Of a stretch of 64,000 nucleotides of DNA, positions 18,852-28,502 are shown piece by piece; within the stretch, counting starts at the first letter, position 1, and every line of letters starts with the position of its first letter. Below the pieces are notes generated by a model. That model was not told where the DNA came from. It saw only the letters and a program-made list of their open reading frames with translations, and did no database searches. Source of the DNA: an uncultured virus (IMG/VR IMGVR_UViG_3300031455_000002) (Duplodnaviria > Heunggongvirae > Uroviricota > Caudoviricetes); IMG/VR virus record IMGVR_UViG_3300031455_000002. One strand, written 5' to 3'. A program made the position numbers and the translations under genes.

Positions 18852-19252
18852 ACAACCTGAGCAACCTCATGGTCCCCATCGAGCTCGTGACCGTCGCGGT
18901 GCTCGGTCTCGTTGCCGCGCTCGGCTGGCTATCTCGTCGTTACGACAAGGCGATGCAGCGATCTCGTGCGGATCAGCGTGAGACGGCGATCATGATGCGT
19001 GAGCTGCTGCGCGAGCGCAATCCGCGTCTCGATCCTCTATCGTTCGACGAGGATAGCGCACTATTCGATGTCGAGCACAAGAAGGACATCGCCAGCGTTC
19101 GGAACCTGTCGGAGCGTCCTAGCAGGTTGTCCCCCCGCCAGGAGCGGCGCCTCGAGCGGTTCACGCGAGATGGCGATCCTGGGGACCCGTCTACTCCGCC
19201 GGATCCGGTTGAGCCTGTCCGGAAGAAGTTTCCTTCTCGCGGCGGGGAGTAG
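18848..19252 (+). CDS. Single-TM protein in the lysis cassette
   Basis: N-terminal TM helix, charged tail. Confidence 0.6.
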   Translation: MNNLSNLMVPIELVTVAVLGLVAALGWLSRRYDKAMQRSRADQRETAIMMRELLRERNPRLDPLSFDEDSALFDVEHKKDIASVRNLSERPSRLSPRQERRLERFTRDGDPGDPSTPPDPVEPVRKKFPSRGGE

Positions 19253-19727
19253 CGCTCCTTGTCTTGATCAAGATCACGCCTCCCACAACGACGGCGGCAA
19301 CGAGTACAACGCCGCCTAGCACCCAAGAGACAGTACGCAGCCCGCTGACCGGAACCTCGATCTCTCCGAGCCTGTCGAGAGGATCTTTCTCTTTCGGTGG
19401 ACGTTGAGCTGTGTCATCCGAGCCCTTCACGTGCGCTTCGGCGATCGTGGGGAAACCAGGGCCGTTCCAAGATACGGGAGCAGTCACCTCGAACAGCCGC
19501 CACACGCGACCTTCGTATCCCCCGAAAGTCGAAGAAGGGTAGCTCTCGGTAGTGATGACGCGCACAGAGCCCTTGTGTTCGTTCAGCCACGCTCGGAAAG
19601 CATTTTCTTGCGAATCGAAGATGTCGATCCAGTAGCGTCCTACCGGCAGAGGATTGCGGCGCTCGACGGCGCCGATACCAAATCCTTGTACTGGCTGCCC
19701 TCCTAGCGAGATCACTTCGTTCATCAT
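19191..19727 (-). CDS. C-terminally anchored membrane protein
   Basis: VQGFGIG motif; TM helix WVLGGVVLVAAVVVGGVILIK. Confidence 0.65.
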   Translation of the reverse strand: MMNEVISLGGQPVQGFGIGAVERRNPLPVGRYWIDIFDSQENAFRAWLNEHKGSVRVITTESYPSSTFGGYEGRVWRLFEVTAPVSWNGPGFPTIAEAHVKGSDDTAQRPPKEKDPLDRLGEIEVPVSGLRTVSWVLGGVVLVAAVVVGGVILIKTRSATPRREKETSSGQAQPDPAE

Positions 19728-20137
19728 CGTTTTCGCTTCTTCCATGCCGAGATCGTCGCCGCAGTACCGACAGCAAGGCTCAGGACCGTGAGCACGCCGA
19801 CCGTGATCTCGAGCTTCGAGGGTCCACTCTTGTCAGGCGCAAGAACAGTTTCGTGTCCGGTAGGCACGTACACTCCCCCAGACTGAAAGCACCCTTTGAT
19901 GAGAGCCCCCGATTCGTCGTACCCCCACACGTGAGGCTCGGACCGAATCAGAGCGGTCACACCTGGGATTGGGAAGCTCTCGACGGTTCCGATAGGAGAT
20001 TCGGCGACTTGCTTCGATCTCTCGAGTAGATCAGGGGGCAAAGGGCCGTCTGTTTCTACCGCCCACGGGCGCCACATTGGCGGAGGGCGCATCGCTGTGC
20101 ATTGCGCAGCAAGCTGAGATCCGGGCCCGAATTGCAC
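19724..20137 (-). CDS. C-terminally anchored membrane protein
   Basis: TM helix followed by WKKRKR. Confidence 0.6.
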   Translation of the reverse strand: MQFGPGSQLAAQCTAMRPPPMWRPWAVETDGPLPPDLLERSKQVAESPIGTVESFPIPGVTALIRSEPHVWGYDESGALIKGCFQSGGVYVPTGHETVLAPDKSGPSKLEITVGVLTVLSLAVGTAATISAWKKRKR

Positions 20138-20238
20138 CCAGCGAGTCTACGCTTCCCCTCTTGACACGTCCACCTAGTCGGGAGCAGGATGCCAATCGGC
20201 AGACAGCGGGCCTCCAGTCGGCAGTCTATTAACAACGA

Positions 20239-20439
20239 ATGGCCGCACGTTCTACGGTTAAATCGCACCCGATGACGGTGAAGCTCACTCCCGAGCAAAG
20301 CCGTGCGATCGCCCAACGGGCGGAACGGTGCGGGCTCCGACCGAGCGCGTGGGCCAGGTGGATTCTGGTCCAAGCGGCGAACAAGCCTGCGACGGATGGC
20401 CGAATCCACATCAAGGAACCAGACGGGACGATGATCTGA
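20239..20439 (+). CDS. Ribbon-helix-helix-like DNA-binding protein
   Basis: MTVKLTPEQSRAIAQRAERCGLRPSAWARWIL. Confidence 0.65.
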   Translation: MAARSTVKSHPMTVKLTPEQSRAIAQRAERCGLRPSAWARWILVQAANKPATDGRIHIKEPDGTMI

Positions 20440-20440
20440 G

Positions 20441-20998
20441 ATGGACCCAAAGCAGCTCATGGGATTCGAGACACCGGGCGATCAGAAGGTGTCGGTTACG
20501 GTGCGGGACTGGGAAGCGATGCGGCGCGCGATATGGCGTAGCGCGATCGCGTGGGAAATCGTTGTTCACGAGGCTGACGAAATCCTCGATCGGTGCAAGC
20601 ACGTCGAGGGGTGCCCAGGTATCGAATCGGAGACCGAGGCGTGTCTCCAGGACAAGTACGGGAGACCCCAGACGTCACACGGCAAATTGCGAGCCTTTCT
20701 GTTGGTGTGCTGGGCTGTGCTCGTTGCTCTGTTCGTGAAGCGCCCCGTTTCCGATACTGCTCCGCAGGTGATCATCTCGCACGGATGCCCGGATCGTGAG
20801 ATTCGGATGAGCGCTCTGGTGATTCTGAACGCCGCGCGTCAACACTCACCGACGGACGCAACCAAGCCTTCGGACGGTCCGTATTTCGCCCCGAGCCGAG
20901 AGTATTTCAGCGAGGTGCTATCCTCGCTTCATGCAGCTCAGGTGGAGAACCAGGAGTTGCGCAAGACACAAACCGTGACCATCAAGGAGCTCCCATGA
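20441..20998 (+). CDS. Hypothetical protein
   Basis: In operon; Cys motifs. Confidence 0.6.
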   Translation: MDPKQLMGFETPGDQKVSVTVRDWEAMRRAIWRSAIAWEIVVHEADEILDRCKHVEGCPGIESETEACLQDKYGRPQTSHGKLRAFLLVCWAVLVALFVKRPVSDTAPQVIISHGCPDREIRMSALVILNAARQHSPTDATKPSDGPYFAPSREYFSEVLSSLHAAQVENQELRKTQTVTIKELP

Positions 20999-21345
20999 AG
21001 TTCGAAGCTGTCGGCCACTGGATGATTGCAATCCCCATGCTCCATGCGGCGTCTCGAGAGAGCGGGATCATCCTGCCGAGTACCGGCAAGAAAACCACCC
21101 GCTGCTACCTGATCCAGGAGGTCAGCGAGAAGGCTCGCGAGCAAGGGTACTCTCCTGGGGAAATCGTCGTTGCGAAGGGAGGAAACGACCTTCTGTTCTA
21201 CGGAGGTGTTTTCGTTCGCACCGTGATCGATCTCCTCGAGAACAACGGCAACAACATCATCCTTCGTGTGAAGGGTGTGAGTCTCGAAGAGTTCACCGAC
21301 ATCGACGGCAAACCGATCCTCGAGACGCTTCCGAGGGCAGCGTGA
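20995..21345 (+). CDS. GroES-like co-chaperonin
   Basis: FEAVGHWMIA...ESGIILP...PGEIVV. Confidence 0.6.
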   Translation: MKFEAVGHWMIAIPMLHAASRESGIILPSTGKKTTRCYLIQEVSEKAREQGYSPGEIVVAKGGNDLLFYGGVFVRTVIDLLENNGNNIILRVKGVSLEEFTDIDGKPILETLPRAA

Positions 21346-21959
21346 ACCGCGGGTCCTGCGGTTGTGCGACGCCTCGCCGCCCTCGCGGTCTGATGCGCGA
21401 ACGGACCTTCGGTGGAGGCATACGAGAGCAGAGCGCCCCCAAGCGACCTCGGGAGACGGATCCGGTCGTCGTGCAGGGGAGCTCCAAGCGGGCGCAGTGT
21501 CGCCCGTTCCTCAAGGTCGAAAAGGACGCCGCTCTCTTCGCCGCGTGCAACGCGCTCGCGGACGAGCTTGGACCGATCAACACGCCGAAGAAAGCGTTCG
21601 AGCTGATCTCGGAAGCCATCGGTGACGAGGTGAACGAGGTTTTCGGTATCGTCACGCTCGATCTGCATCTGCGGTTCAAGGGTCTCGCTGAGACCGGGCG
21701 TGGTGAACCGGACAGCGTGATGGCACCGCTCAAGCCGACGATGCAGACGGCGATCGCCGATGGAGCTCACGCCGTAATCTTGTTCCATATCCACCCCTCA
21801 GGGGTCGAAGCTGAACCCAGCGAAGCGGACAAGGAGACGACAGAGGCGTTCGCGGACGCTTTCGAGGTCATCGACATGCCGCTGATTGATCATTTGATAC
21901 TGGGTGGGTCTGAGAGCAACCAGTCGTACTTCAGCTTCGCAGAGGCTGGGCTGTTGTAA
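21342..21959 (+). CDS. RadC-like JAB-domain protein with basic N-terminal extension
   Basis: EVFGIVTLD...ILFHIHPSG..EPSEAD...LIDHLILG...YFSFAEAGLL. Confidence 0.88.
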   Translation: MNRGSCGCATPRRPRGLMRERTFGGGIREQSAPKRPRETDPVVVQGSSKRAQCRPFLKVEKDAALFAACNALADELGPINTPKKAFELISEAIGDEVNEVFGIVTLDLHLRFKGLAETGRGEPDSVMAPLKPTMQTAIADGAHAVILFHIHPSGVEAEPSEADKETTEAFADAFEVIDMPLIDHLILGGSESNQSYFSFAEAGLL

Positions 21960-21978
21960 CCCAAGAAAAGAGATCCGC

Positions 21979-22425
21979 ATGACCGAAACACGCACCATCG
22001 AGCTGCCCCCAGCTCTTCCTCCCGTCACCACCCGCATGATCACGTCCAACCCTTCGTCGGACTCCGAGGATCTTTCGTGGGAGGCCGGCAAGGAGCATCC
22101 TCTCATCAAGGGCGCCGTGATCGTCCGCATGTACGTCATCCCTGACGGCGGCGGCGTGGACGTGTACTCCGTGCTCGCAGGAGGACGCGGAGCAACGCGG
22201 CATCACATTCCTGATTCGCGAATCCACATCACGGAAGAAGCGATGCCAATCGACGTTCTGATCGAAGAGCTCAAGGTGGCCGAGAGCACGGACGACGAGG
22301 AAGAGGAGGAAGAGGAAGAGGAAGAGGATGAAGTCATCCAAGCTGCGTCTTCTGCTCCTGTACCTACGTCTCCGGTCGCTCCGTCGATCGCTTCGGCCAC
22401 TCCTACGGCCACTTCGACGCCATGA
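21979..22425 (+). CDS. Hypothetical protein with poly-Glu tract
   Basis: MTETRTIEL start; DDEEEEEEEEEEDE. Confidence 0.6.
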   Translation: MTETRTIELPPALPPVTTRMITSNPSSDSEDLSWEAGKEHPLIKGAVIVRMYVIPDGGGVDVYSVLAGGRGATRHHIPDSRIHITEEAMPIDVLIEELKVAESTDDEEEEEEEEEEDEVIQAASSAPVPTSPVAPSIASATPTATSTP

Positions 22426-24158
22426 TCAAAGAAGGGCTCGTCCGAATGCCTCCGAAGAAGAAGACGGAAGGGGAGCGTCGCGCTGAGAAGCGAGTGATGG
22501 TGCAGCAGGATCAGAGCGAGATCCTGGAAGAGGTCGGTGCGGAGCTCGACGAAGAGACGGGCGAGCTTCTCGTTGATGCCGAGCGTGTGCGAGAGATCGG
22601 TGCGGTCGACGTCGGGGCCGTCATCGAAAACCGTCGACAGAAAGAGTTCATCGACAAGAAACGAGGCGGCGAGAAGGTCACGTTCAACACCGACGATCCT
22701 CTTCAGAGGTACGAGATGTTGATCGCGACGTGGCCGCCGAACACGATCGACATCTACGTTCGGCGACTCACCGGGGCTGCGGCGCAGCACGTGATCACGA
22801 GCCGACCCAGATCCGGAACGGAGCTGTACGAAGCGATCAAGCAGCAGATCCATCGTGAGCATCCCGAGGCCGACTACGAGCTCAAATTCAACGACTCGAA
22901 CCACAAGGTGTGGCGTGGCACCGGGCGTATCACGATGCCAGATACGCGGCCGACGGGAGGTGCCTCCATGAACCAGACGTACTACCCCCAGCAACCTCCT
23001 CAGGCGCCGCCCGTCGTAACAGCGCCGGTCACGCCTCCTGTCGCTCCTCAGCAGCCGCAGGACATGAACGGCATGATGAACACGGTGCAGGGGATGTTCG
23101 AGCTGTTCCAACGGATGCAACCGAAACCCGAGCCTGCGGCGCCTGCGGCACCTCCGCCTCCGCCGATCATCCAGATGCCGCCGCAGCCTGCGGCGAACGA
23201 TCCCGCCGGACAGCTCGTGTGGATCCAGCAGATGTTCGAGATGTTCCAGAAGATGCAGCCGCCCGGCGCGCCTCCGGTTGCTGCGCCCGTTCCCGCGCCT
23301 GCGCCTGTCGTCGTTCAGCCACCGCCCCCGCCTCCTCAAGACAGCATGGCCAGCACGATGACCATGATGCAGCAGATGTTCGAGCTGTTTCAGAAGATGC
23401 AGCCTCAGCAACCGCAGCCTCAAAGGCGTCCGGCGTACTATCCGCAGGAAGACAGAGACCCGAGAGGCGAACGGTACAGAGAGGCGTACGAGCCTCGACG
23501 AGAACCGCGCGGATACGATCCTCGAGACCCACGCGGATACCCGCAACATCAACCTCCCCCTCCTCCCCGCACGCCAGCGGACGAGCTTCGTGACGCGATG
23601 TCGGTCATGCGCACGACAATGCAGAGCTTGCAAGAGTTCCAAGCGATGCTTCCTCAGCAACAGCAGCGACAAGAACCCGTTGCTCAAGGTGTCGACGATG
23701 ACGACGACAGTCCGATCCAGATGGTCGAAGCTGGTCCTGCGAAGCTTGTGTTCGATCGGTCGAGCGGAGACCTCCGCACGATAGAGAGCCTCGGAGCGAA
23801 CCTACCGACCGCCTTCAAGTGGGTCGGAGAACAACTGCAAGAACTCAGCAAATCGCAGCAACGGGCACAAGGTCAGACACGTCAACAGCTCCCTCCCGGG
23901 TTCGTCGAGGTGACGCCCGGGTACGAGCCCCCTCCAGGGTACGTCGCGGTCTCGATCGAGCAGGAGGAACGGTTGCCGCCGCCTCCGGAGCGGATGCCGC
24001 CGCCCGTCCGTCAGCAGGCCCCGCAGGCGCCCCAGCAGGCGTGGGGAGCCCCTCCTGTCCAGACATGGGGAGCGCCCACTACGCCGGCACCGCCGCCTCC
24101 TGAGGAACCGGAAGAAGTGGCCCCTTGGGGGGACCCACCTGATCAAGAGGAAGAGTGA
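22422..24158 (+). CDS. Large Pro/Gln-rich protein with internal repeats
   Basis: Three copies of QxMFE(L/M)FQ(K/R)MQP between Pro-rich linkers. Confidence 0.75.
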   Translation: MIKEGLVRMPPKKKTEGERRAEKRVMVQQDQSEILEEVGAELDEETGELLVDAERVREIGAVDVGAVIENRRQKEFIDKKRGGEKVTFNTDDPLQRYEMLIATWPPNTIDIYVRRLTGAAAQHVITSRPRSGTELYEAIKQQIHREHPEADYELKFNDSNHKVWRGTGRITMPDTRPTGGASMNQTYYPQQPPQAPPVVTAPVTPPVAPQQPQDMNGMMNTVQGMFELFQRMQPKPEPAAPAAPPPPPIIQMPPQPAANDPAGQLVWIQQMFEMFQKMQPPGAPPVAAPVPAPAPVVVQPPPPPPQDSMASTMTMMQQMFELFQKMQPQQPQPQRRPAYYPQEDRDPRGERYREAYEPRREPRGYDPRDPRGYPQHQPPPPPRTPADELRDAMSVMRTTMQSLQEFQAMLPQQQQRQEPVAQGVDDDDDSPIQMVEAGPAKLVFDRSSGDLRTIESLGANLPTAFKWVGEQLQELSKSQQRAQGQTRQQLPPGFVEVTPGYEPPPGYVAVSIEQEERLPPPPERMPPPVRQQAPQAPQQAWGAPPVQTWGAPTTPAPPPPEEPEEVAPWGDPPDQEEE

Positions 24159-24159
24159 C

Positions 24160-24342
24160 GTGCGCTACCGCATCCTCCTGGCCGTAGATGTGGACGCCCC
24201 GAACGCTGCCCAGGCGCGTGAATGGGCGAAGGAGCTCGAGGCGCTCATGAAGGAGCCTATCGTGCAGATGACGCTCGAGGGGAAAGGGATCCGGTTGGCG
24301 GGAGATGGGCACCCGACTGCGTACGAGCCACAAAGGATCTGA
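24160..24342 (+). CDS. Hypothetical protein
   Basis: In operon. Confidence 0.55.
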   Translation: MRYRILLAVDVDAPNAAQAREWAKELEALMKEPIVQMTLEGKGIRLAGDGHPTAYEPQRI

Positions 24343-24344
24343 AC

Positions 24345-24596
24345 ATGGCATTTGTAATTGTTATCGGATGCGACCTGTGCGGTGTGATCGGACATCAAAA
24401 AGAATTTGTCCGACCGCAGATCAGAACCGCGTTCGACGAGTCTCCTGAATACTGCTTCGACTCCGTTACTCTGTGTGCTGCTTGTGCGAAGCCTCTCAAG
24501 GATCTCGCTAACAAGGTCGGTTCTATGAACAGAGAGAACTACGGAGCCGACTTGGCTCAGAAGGTCGACTCTGCTCTAGGGATCAAGGGTCGCTAA
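24345..24596 (+). CDS. Zn-ribbon protein
   Basis: CDLCG...LCAACAK. Confidence 0.55.
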   Translation: MAFVIVIGCDLCGVIGHQKEFVRPQIRTAFDESPEYCFDSVTLCAACAKPLKDLANKVGSMNRENYGADLAQKVDSALGIKGR

Positions 24597-24666
24597 TATC
24601 CACAAAACGTTGGGGTTTTCGACGACGTCCTAGACGCCAACCAACTCTTGCGCGTAAGCTCCAGGT

Positions 24667-25887
24667 GTGCGCCAGTACACCGTTCGACCGGGCGACTCTC
24701 CTGCAACGATTGCTGCCGAACACGCGGGCTGCCCTCGCTGCGCAAAAGACCTAGTCCGGGCGAACCCACACAAGCCCACCGTCGTCCACCCGAACGGTTA
24801 CGAGACCTTCGTCGAGCTCGTAGAGAACGAGACGCTCAACCTCCCTGACAAGTGGTTCTCCGCCGAGTTCGAGGCTCTCCCTCCCGTCTATTTCGCTGCT
24901 CTGCCGGCGGCAGACGGAGTGACTCCTTCGAGGCTCGGCGACCTAGCCGGTGGCGTCCTAGGTGACTTCGCCACCCTGGAGAACGCAGCGGCGCAGCTTG
25001 GTTCTCTCGCTTCGATGGGCGACGCCGACTTCGCGGCCAACGTCGACGCTGTCGCTGCCACGTTGGACCAAGCTGTCTCGGATGCGATTTCGAGTCAAGA
25101 GGCAGGGATCACTCGAGCTGCTACGGCTCTCGCTCGTCGTCTGCACGTTGATCTGGTCTCGGCCTTGGCAGCCGGAGACAGCGCCTCCGGGTTCAAAGTG
25201 CGTACCGACATCCTGCGTGCTCTCAGTGAGGGCCTCAGCGCCGCCAGGCGAGCGCTCGAGGCCAAGCAGCCTCCGATCCCTGTGTCGACCACGACGCCCG
25301 CTACGGTGACGCAGGTCGCAGCGATCGACCCGTGCTCGGCCGTGAACGTTACTGCCGTGTGCGCAGCTCAGGCGGCGCTCGGTATCACGGTCGATGGGAA
25401 GTACGGGGACGGGACCGCCGCTGCGGTACGTGCGCGTATTCCTGGGGCTCCTGTAGGGTGCTCACCTCGGCCTTCATGGTGGGCCCCCACCAACGTGAGC
25501 AACTGCCCTGGAGCCGGATCCATCGTTCCGGTGAAGCCGCCGCAGCCGGCTGATTTGCAGCTACCGATCGCGAAGAAGAGCGGCGGGATCTCGATGGGGA
25601 TGATAGCTGGGATGGCGGCGCTCGGAGCGGGAACGGTGGGGCTTGCGATCTATCTGACGAAGAAACCGAAGGTGAGCGCGGTCCCGCAGCGGACGAAACC
25701 GAAATCACGTCGCAAGTTCAAATCCGAAGCTTGGTACGTGGATCGTGAGAAGGACGGAGAGGTCGTGGGCGTCATCGGTCCTTTCGATACGAAGGATGCT
25801 GCGCACAGCGCCGTCAGGAAAAAGAAGAACTGGGCATCTTACGGGGATCCCTATCAAGGCATGGACGCGCACTATTCCTGGAGCTGA
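24667..25887 (+). CDS. LysM + peptidoglycan-binding + TM virion protein
   Basis: YTVRPGDSPATIAAEH...LVRANP; QAALGITVDGKYGDGT; TM helix and basic tail. Confidence 0.8.
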   Translation: MRQYTVRPGDSPATIAAEHAGCPRCAKDLVRANPHKPTVVHPNGYETFVELVENETLNLPDKWFSAEFEALPPVYFAALPAADGVTPSRLGDLAGGVLGDFATLENAAAQLGSLASMGDADFAANVDAVAATLDQAVSDAISSQEAGITRAATALARRLHVDLVSALAAGDSASGFKVRTDILRALSEGLSAARRALEAKQPPIPVSTTTPATVTQVAAIDPCSAVNVTAVCAAQAALGITVDGKYGDGTAAAVRARIPGAPVGCSPRPSWWAPTNVSNCPGAGSIVPVKPPQPADLQLPIAKKSGGISMGMIAGMAALGAGTVGLAIYLTKKPKVSAVPQRTKPKSRRKFKSEAWYVDREKDGEVVGVIGPFDTKDAAHSAVRKKKNWASYGDPYQGMDAHYSWS

Positions 25888-25889
25888 TC

Positions 25890-26549
25890 ATGATCGACAA
25901 GCCCGTAGAAGGTGTCGTAACGGACGCACGACCGCATCCTGCTGGTGCGAAGGGCGCGAAGATTTCGCTCAACGAAGTCGCTGAGCGTGCATGGAAAGCT
26001 CGTATGAGCCCGCGTGTTCGAGCTTGGACCACCCAGGAACTTGCCAAGGCCAACGCTTCTACTGCGGATCGGCGCAAGAAGGTGGAATGCATCCTTGCTG
26101 CGTACCGTGAGAAGGTTCCGTACGTACAAGATCCAGTGATGGGTGAGTTCATGGCAACCCCGGATCAGGTTCTTTGTCTAGACGAGGGAGGACTCTGCAT
26201 TGTCGGATCGGATTGCGACGAAGCAACGATCACGATGCTCGCTGCCATCATGTCGATCGGGATCCCAGGCATGGTGATCGGCAGCAGTCACAAGACTCCA
26301 GTCAACGTCCCCACGCACGTGTTCGGTGCGTTCCAGAACGAAGCCGGCAAATGGATCAAGTTCGACGGCACGACGAAACACCCGGTCGGCAAAGCGCCGC
26401 CGACGTTGCGTGAGTGGTGGGTCGAGCCCGGCAAGAAAGCGAAGCAGACCGGCGAAGGAGACTTCGTCGGAATGGCAGGATCGGGAACGCTGTCGGGAGC
26501 ATCAAAACTCCCAAGCACGTTCGATCTGCGCTATCCCGGCATCCGATAG
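25890..26549 (+). CDS. Transglutaminase-like Cys protease (candidate maturation protease)
   Basis: YVQDP...GSDCDE...THVF...WIKFDGT, giving a Cys-His-Asp triad. Confidence 0.8.
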   Translation: MIDKPVEGVVTDARPHPAGAKGAKISLNEVAERAWKARMSPRVRAWTTQELAKANASTADRRKKVECILAAYREKVPYVQDPVMGEFMATPDQVLCLDEGGLCIVGSDCDEATITMLAAIMSIGIPGMVIGSSHKTPVNVPTHVFGAFQNEAGKWIKFDGTTKHPVGKAPPTLREWWVEPGKKAKQTGEGDFVGMAGSGTLSGASKLPSTFDLRYPGIR

Positions 26550-26834
26550 TCCGACGTGTGTGATCCGACGGGCATCCCGTCGTCAGACAACACGAAAGAA
26601 TATCGACGTCTGATCTTCAGGCTAGATCGGCGTGTATCGCCACGATCTACGCTCGTAGCGAGTGCGTCGTAAGTCGTTGTTCTTATTGAGGTTGTCGCCC
26701 TGTGTCAGGTGCGACATTCACGACGGTCTGAGAGTGCGCATTCGTCGCTTCGTCCGCAAGAGTCGTGCGTTCGTTTCGTGCATTGTATTGACGCGGTGAT
26801 CCCCTAACTGGGACCTTAAGGGCCGCACCGTGAC

Positions 26835-28481
26835 ATGGGCCTCTACGACGACCGCTTGGCTTCGCTCAGTGAATCGCGCTCCCCGCGCGGTGCTGGGCGC
26901 CGAGCTCGCGTGCCTTCGCCCAAGCGATCTGCCGCACGTGTTCAATCGTTCCTGTTCGAACGAGACGCGGGATGGACGCCGATCAAGGCACGCGCGTGGG
27001 CTGAGGCTCAAGGCTACAGCCGAGGGAAGGTCCACGTCACAGACCAGCACGTTCGCATTCGCCAGTTCGGATCCGACGAAGGGGCGAAGATCCATAGGAC
27101 TGTGCCTTTCGGTCGCGGGATCCGCGCCGTAGTTGCACGAGAAGGACAAGGAAGCACAAGCATGGCCACTCCCCGCACCGTCAACGCCAGCCGCCGCAAG
27201 AAGACGACCCGTCGCCGCAAGAAGGCAGGCAAGCGCCGAATGCGAACAACGACCGTCGCTGCTCCGAAGCGTCGACGGAAGCGCAAGGTTCGGGCAGTCG
27301 CAGAGGCGCCCCGCAAGAGGCGCGCAGCGAAGCGGCGCCCAGCGAAGCGACGTCCGGCGAAGCGGAGGAAGACCAAGGCGTCCGAGGCATGGCGTGGAGA
27401 CACGGCCGGTCATCGGAAGGCGGCCAAGAAGGGTTGGAAGGGACGCAAGAAGTCAGATCGCATCAAGGCCAGGCGCCCGAAGCGTCGTCGGAAGGTTCGT
27501 GCGGTCTCGGAGGTCGTGCAGGCCCCCAAGAGGCGCCGCAGCCCGAAGCGTCGTCGGTCGAGCATGGTCATGGCGCCCAAGCGTCGCAGCTCGAAGCGTC
27601 GATCGCGCACGATGCGTGCTCCGATGAGCGGCGGAGGCGGCATCGGATCCATGGCCCTGAGTGTCGTCTCCGGCGGCTTCGGGTTCGTGCTGGCCGACGG
27701 TCTCGATCGTCTGCTCGCCACGTACAACCCTGCGGCCACCGAGCAGGACACGAAGGACGGGAAGTTCCGTTCTGACGGAGCCGGAACGTTGGGCAACGTG
27801 CTCAACGTCGGGTCACGCCCGGGTCTCATGCGTACCGGAGCCGCTGTCGGCGTCGTTGCGCTCCCGGCCCTCGGCGCGATGTACGTCAAGAACCGGACGG
27901 CGAAGACGGTGCTCACGGCAGCCGCCTTCGGCGCCGGGATCAACGGCTTCAAGCTGCTCTGGAACAACGCGATCATGCCGATGCTCCGTCCGAAGGACGC
28001 AACGCCTACGGAGCTCCAGAAGTCGGTCATCGCACGGCTCTACCCGTCGGAGGTTGCTGCGGCCATCAACCTGGCCAAGAAGAACGCCGACGGATCCGAG
28101 CGCATCCCGCAGACGAGCGTCTCGAGCGGTAGCGCTGCCGGCGCTCTGTCCGGTGTTCCTGGAGACGTCGGTCCGTTCGCTCTCTCGGGTCCCGGAGCGG
28201 ACTATCCGACGGCGGCCCAGGCGCTCGCACTAGCGGCTGGTGTCTCGAGCCCAGGAGCAGACTGGCCGACCGTGCAGCAGGCGCTTGCCAAACAGACGGG
28301 TCTGGTCGGAGACCAGTATCCGACCGTGGCTCAGGCGCTTGCCCAGCAAGCAGGACAGGTTGGCGCGGCATGGCAGCCGGGTCCGCCTTCGTCCCCCGGA
28401 CCGGGCCCGCAGCCGGCCGACGAGGCGTCCTGCGGATGTGCCGGGATCGATCCCTACTCGGCGTTCCTCGACGAGAACTGA
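26835..28481 (+). CDS. Arg/Lys-rich core-like virion protein with hydrophobic segments
   Basis: Long protamine-like tract; hydrophobic helices; three (Y/W)PTxxQALA repeats; lies directly upstream of the capsid candidate. Confidence 0.75.
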   Translation: MGLYDDRLASLSESRSPRGAGRRARVPSPKRSAARVQSFLFERDAGWTPIKARAWAEAQGYSRGKVHVTDQHVRIRQFGSDEGAKIHRTVPFGRGIRAVVAREGQGSTSMATPRTVNASRRKKTTRRRKKAGKRRMRTTTVAAPKRRRKRKVRAVAEAPRKRRAAKRRPAKRRPAKRRKTKASEAWRGDTAGHRKAAKKGWKGRKKSDRIKARRPKRRRKVRAVSEVVQAPKRRRSPKRRRSSMVMAPKRRSSKRRSRTMRAPMSGGGGIGSMALSVVSGGFGFVLADGLDRLLATYNPAATEQDTKDGKFRSDGAGTLGNVLNVGSRPGLMRTGAAVGVVALPALGAMYVKNRTAKTVLTAAAFGAGINGFKLLWNNAIMPMLRPKDATPTELQKSVIARLYPSEVAAAINLAKKNADGSERIPQTSVSSGSAAGALSGVPGDVGPFALSGPGADYPTAAQALALAAGVSSPGADWPTVQQALAKQTGLVGDQYPTVAQALAQQAGQVGAAWQPGPPSSPGPGPQPADEASCGCAGIDPYSAFLDEN

Positions 28482-28502
28482 ACCGTCCACCCCCCAAACA
28501 CC

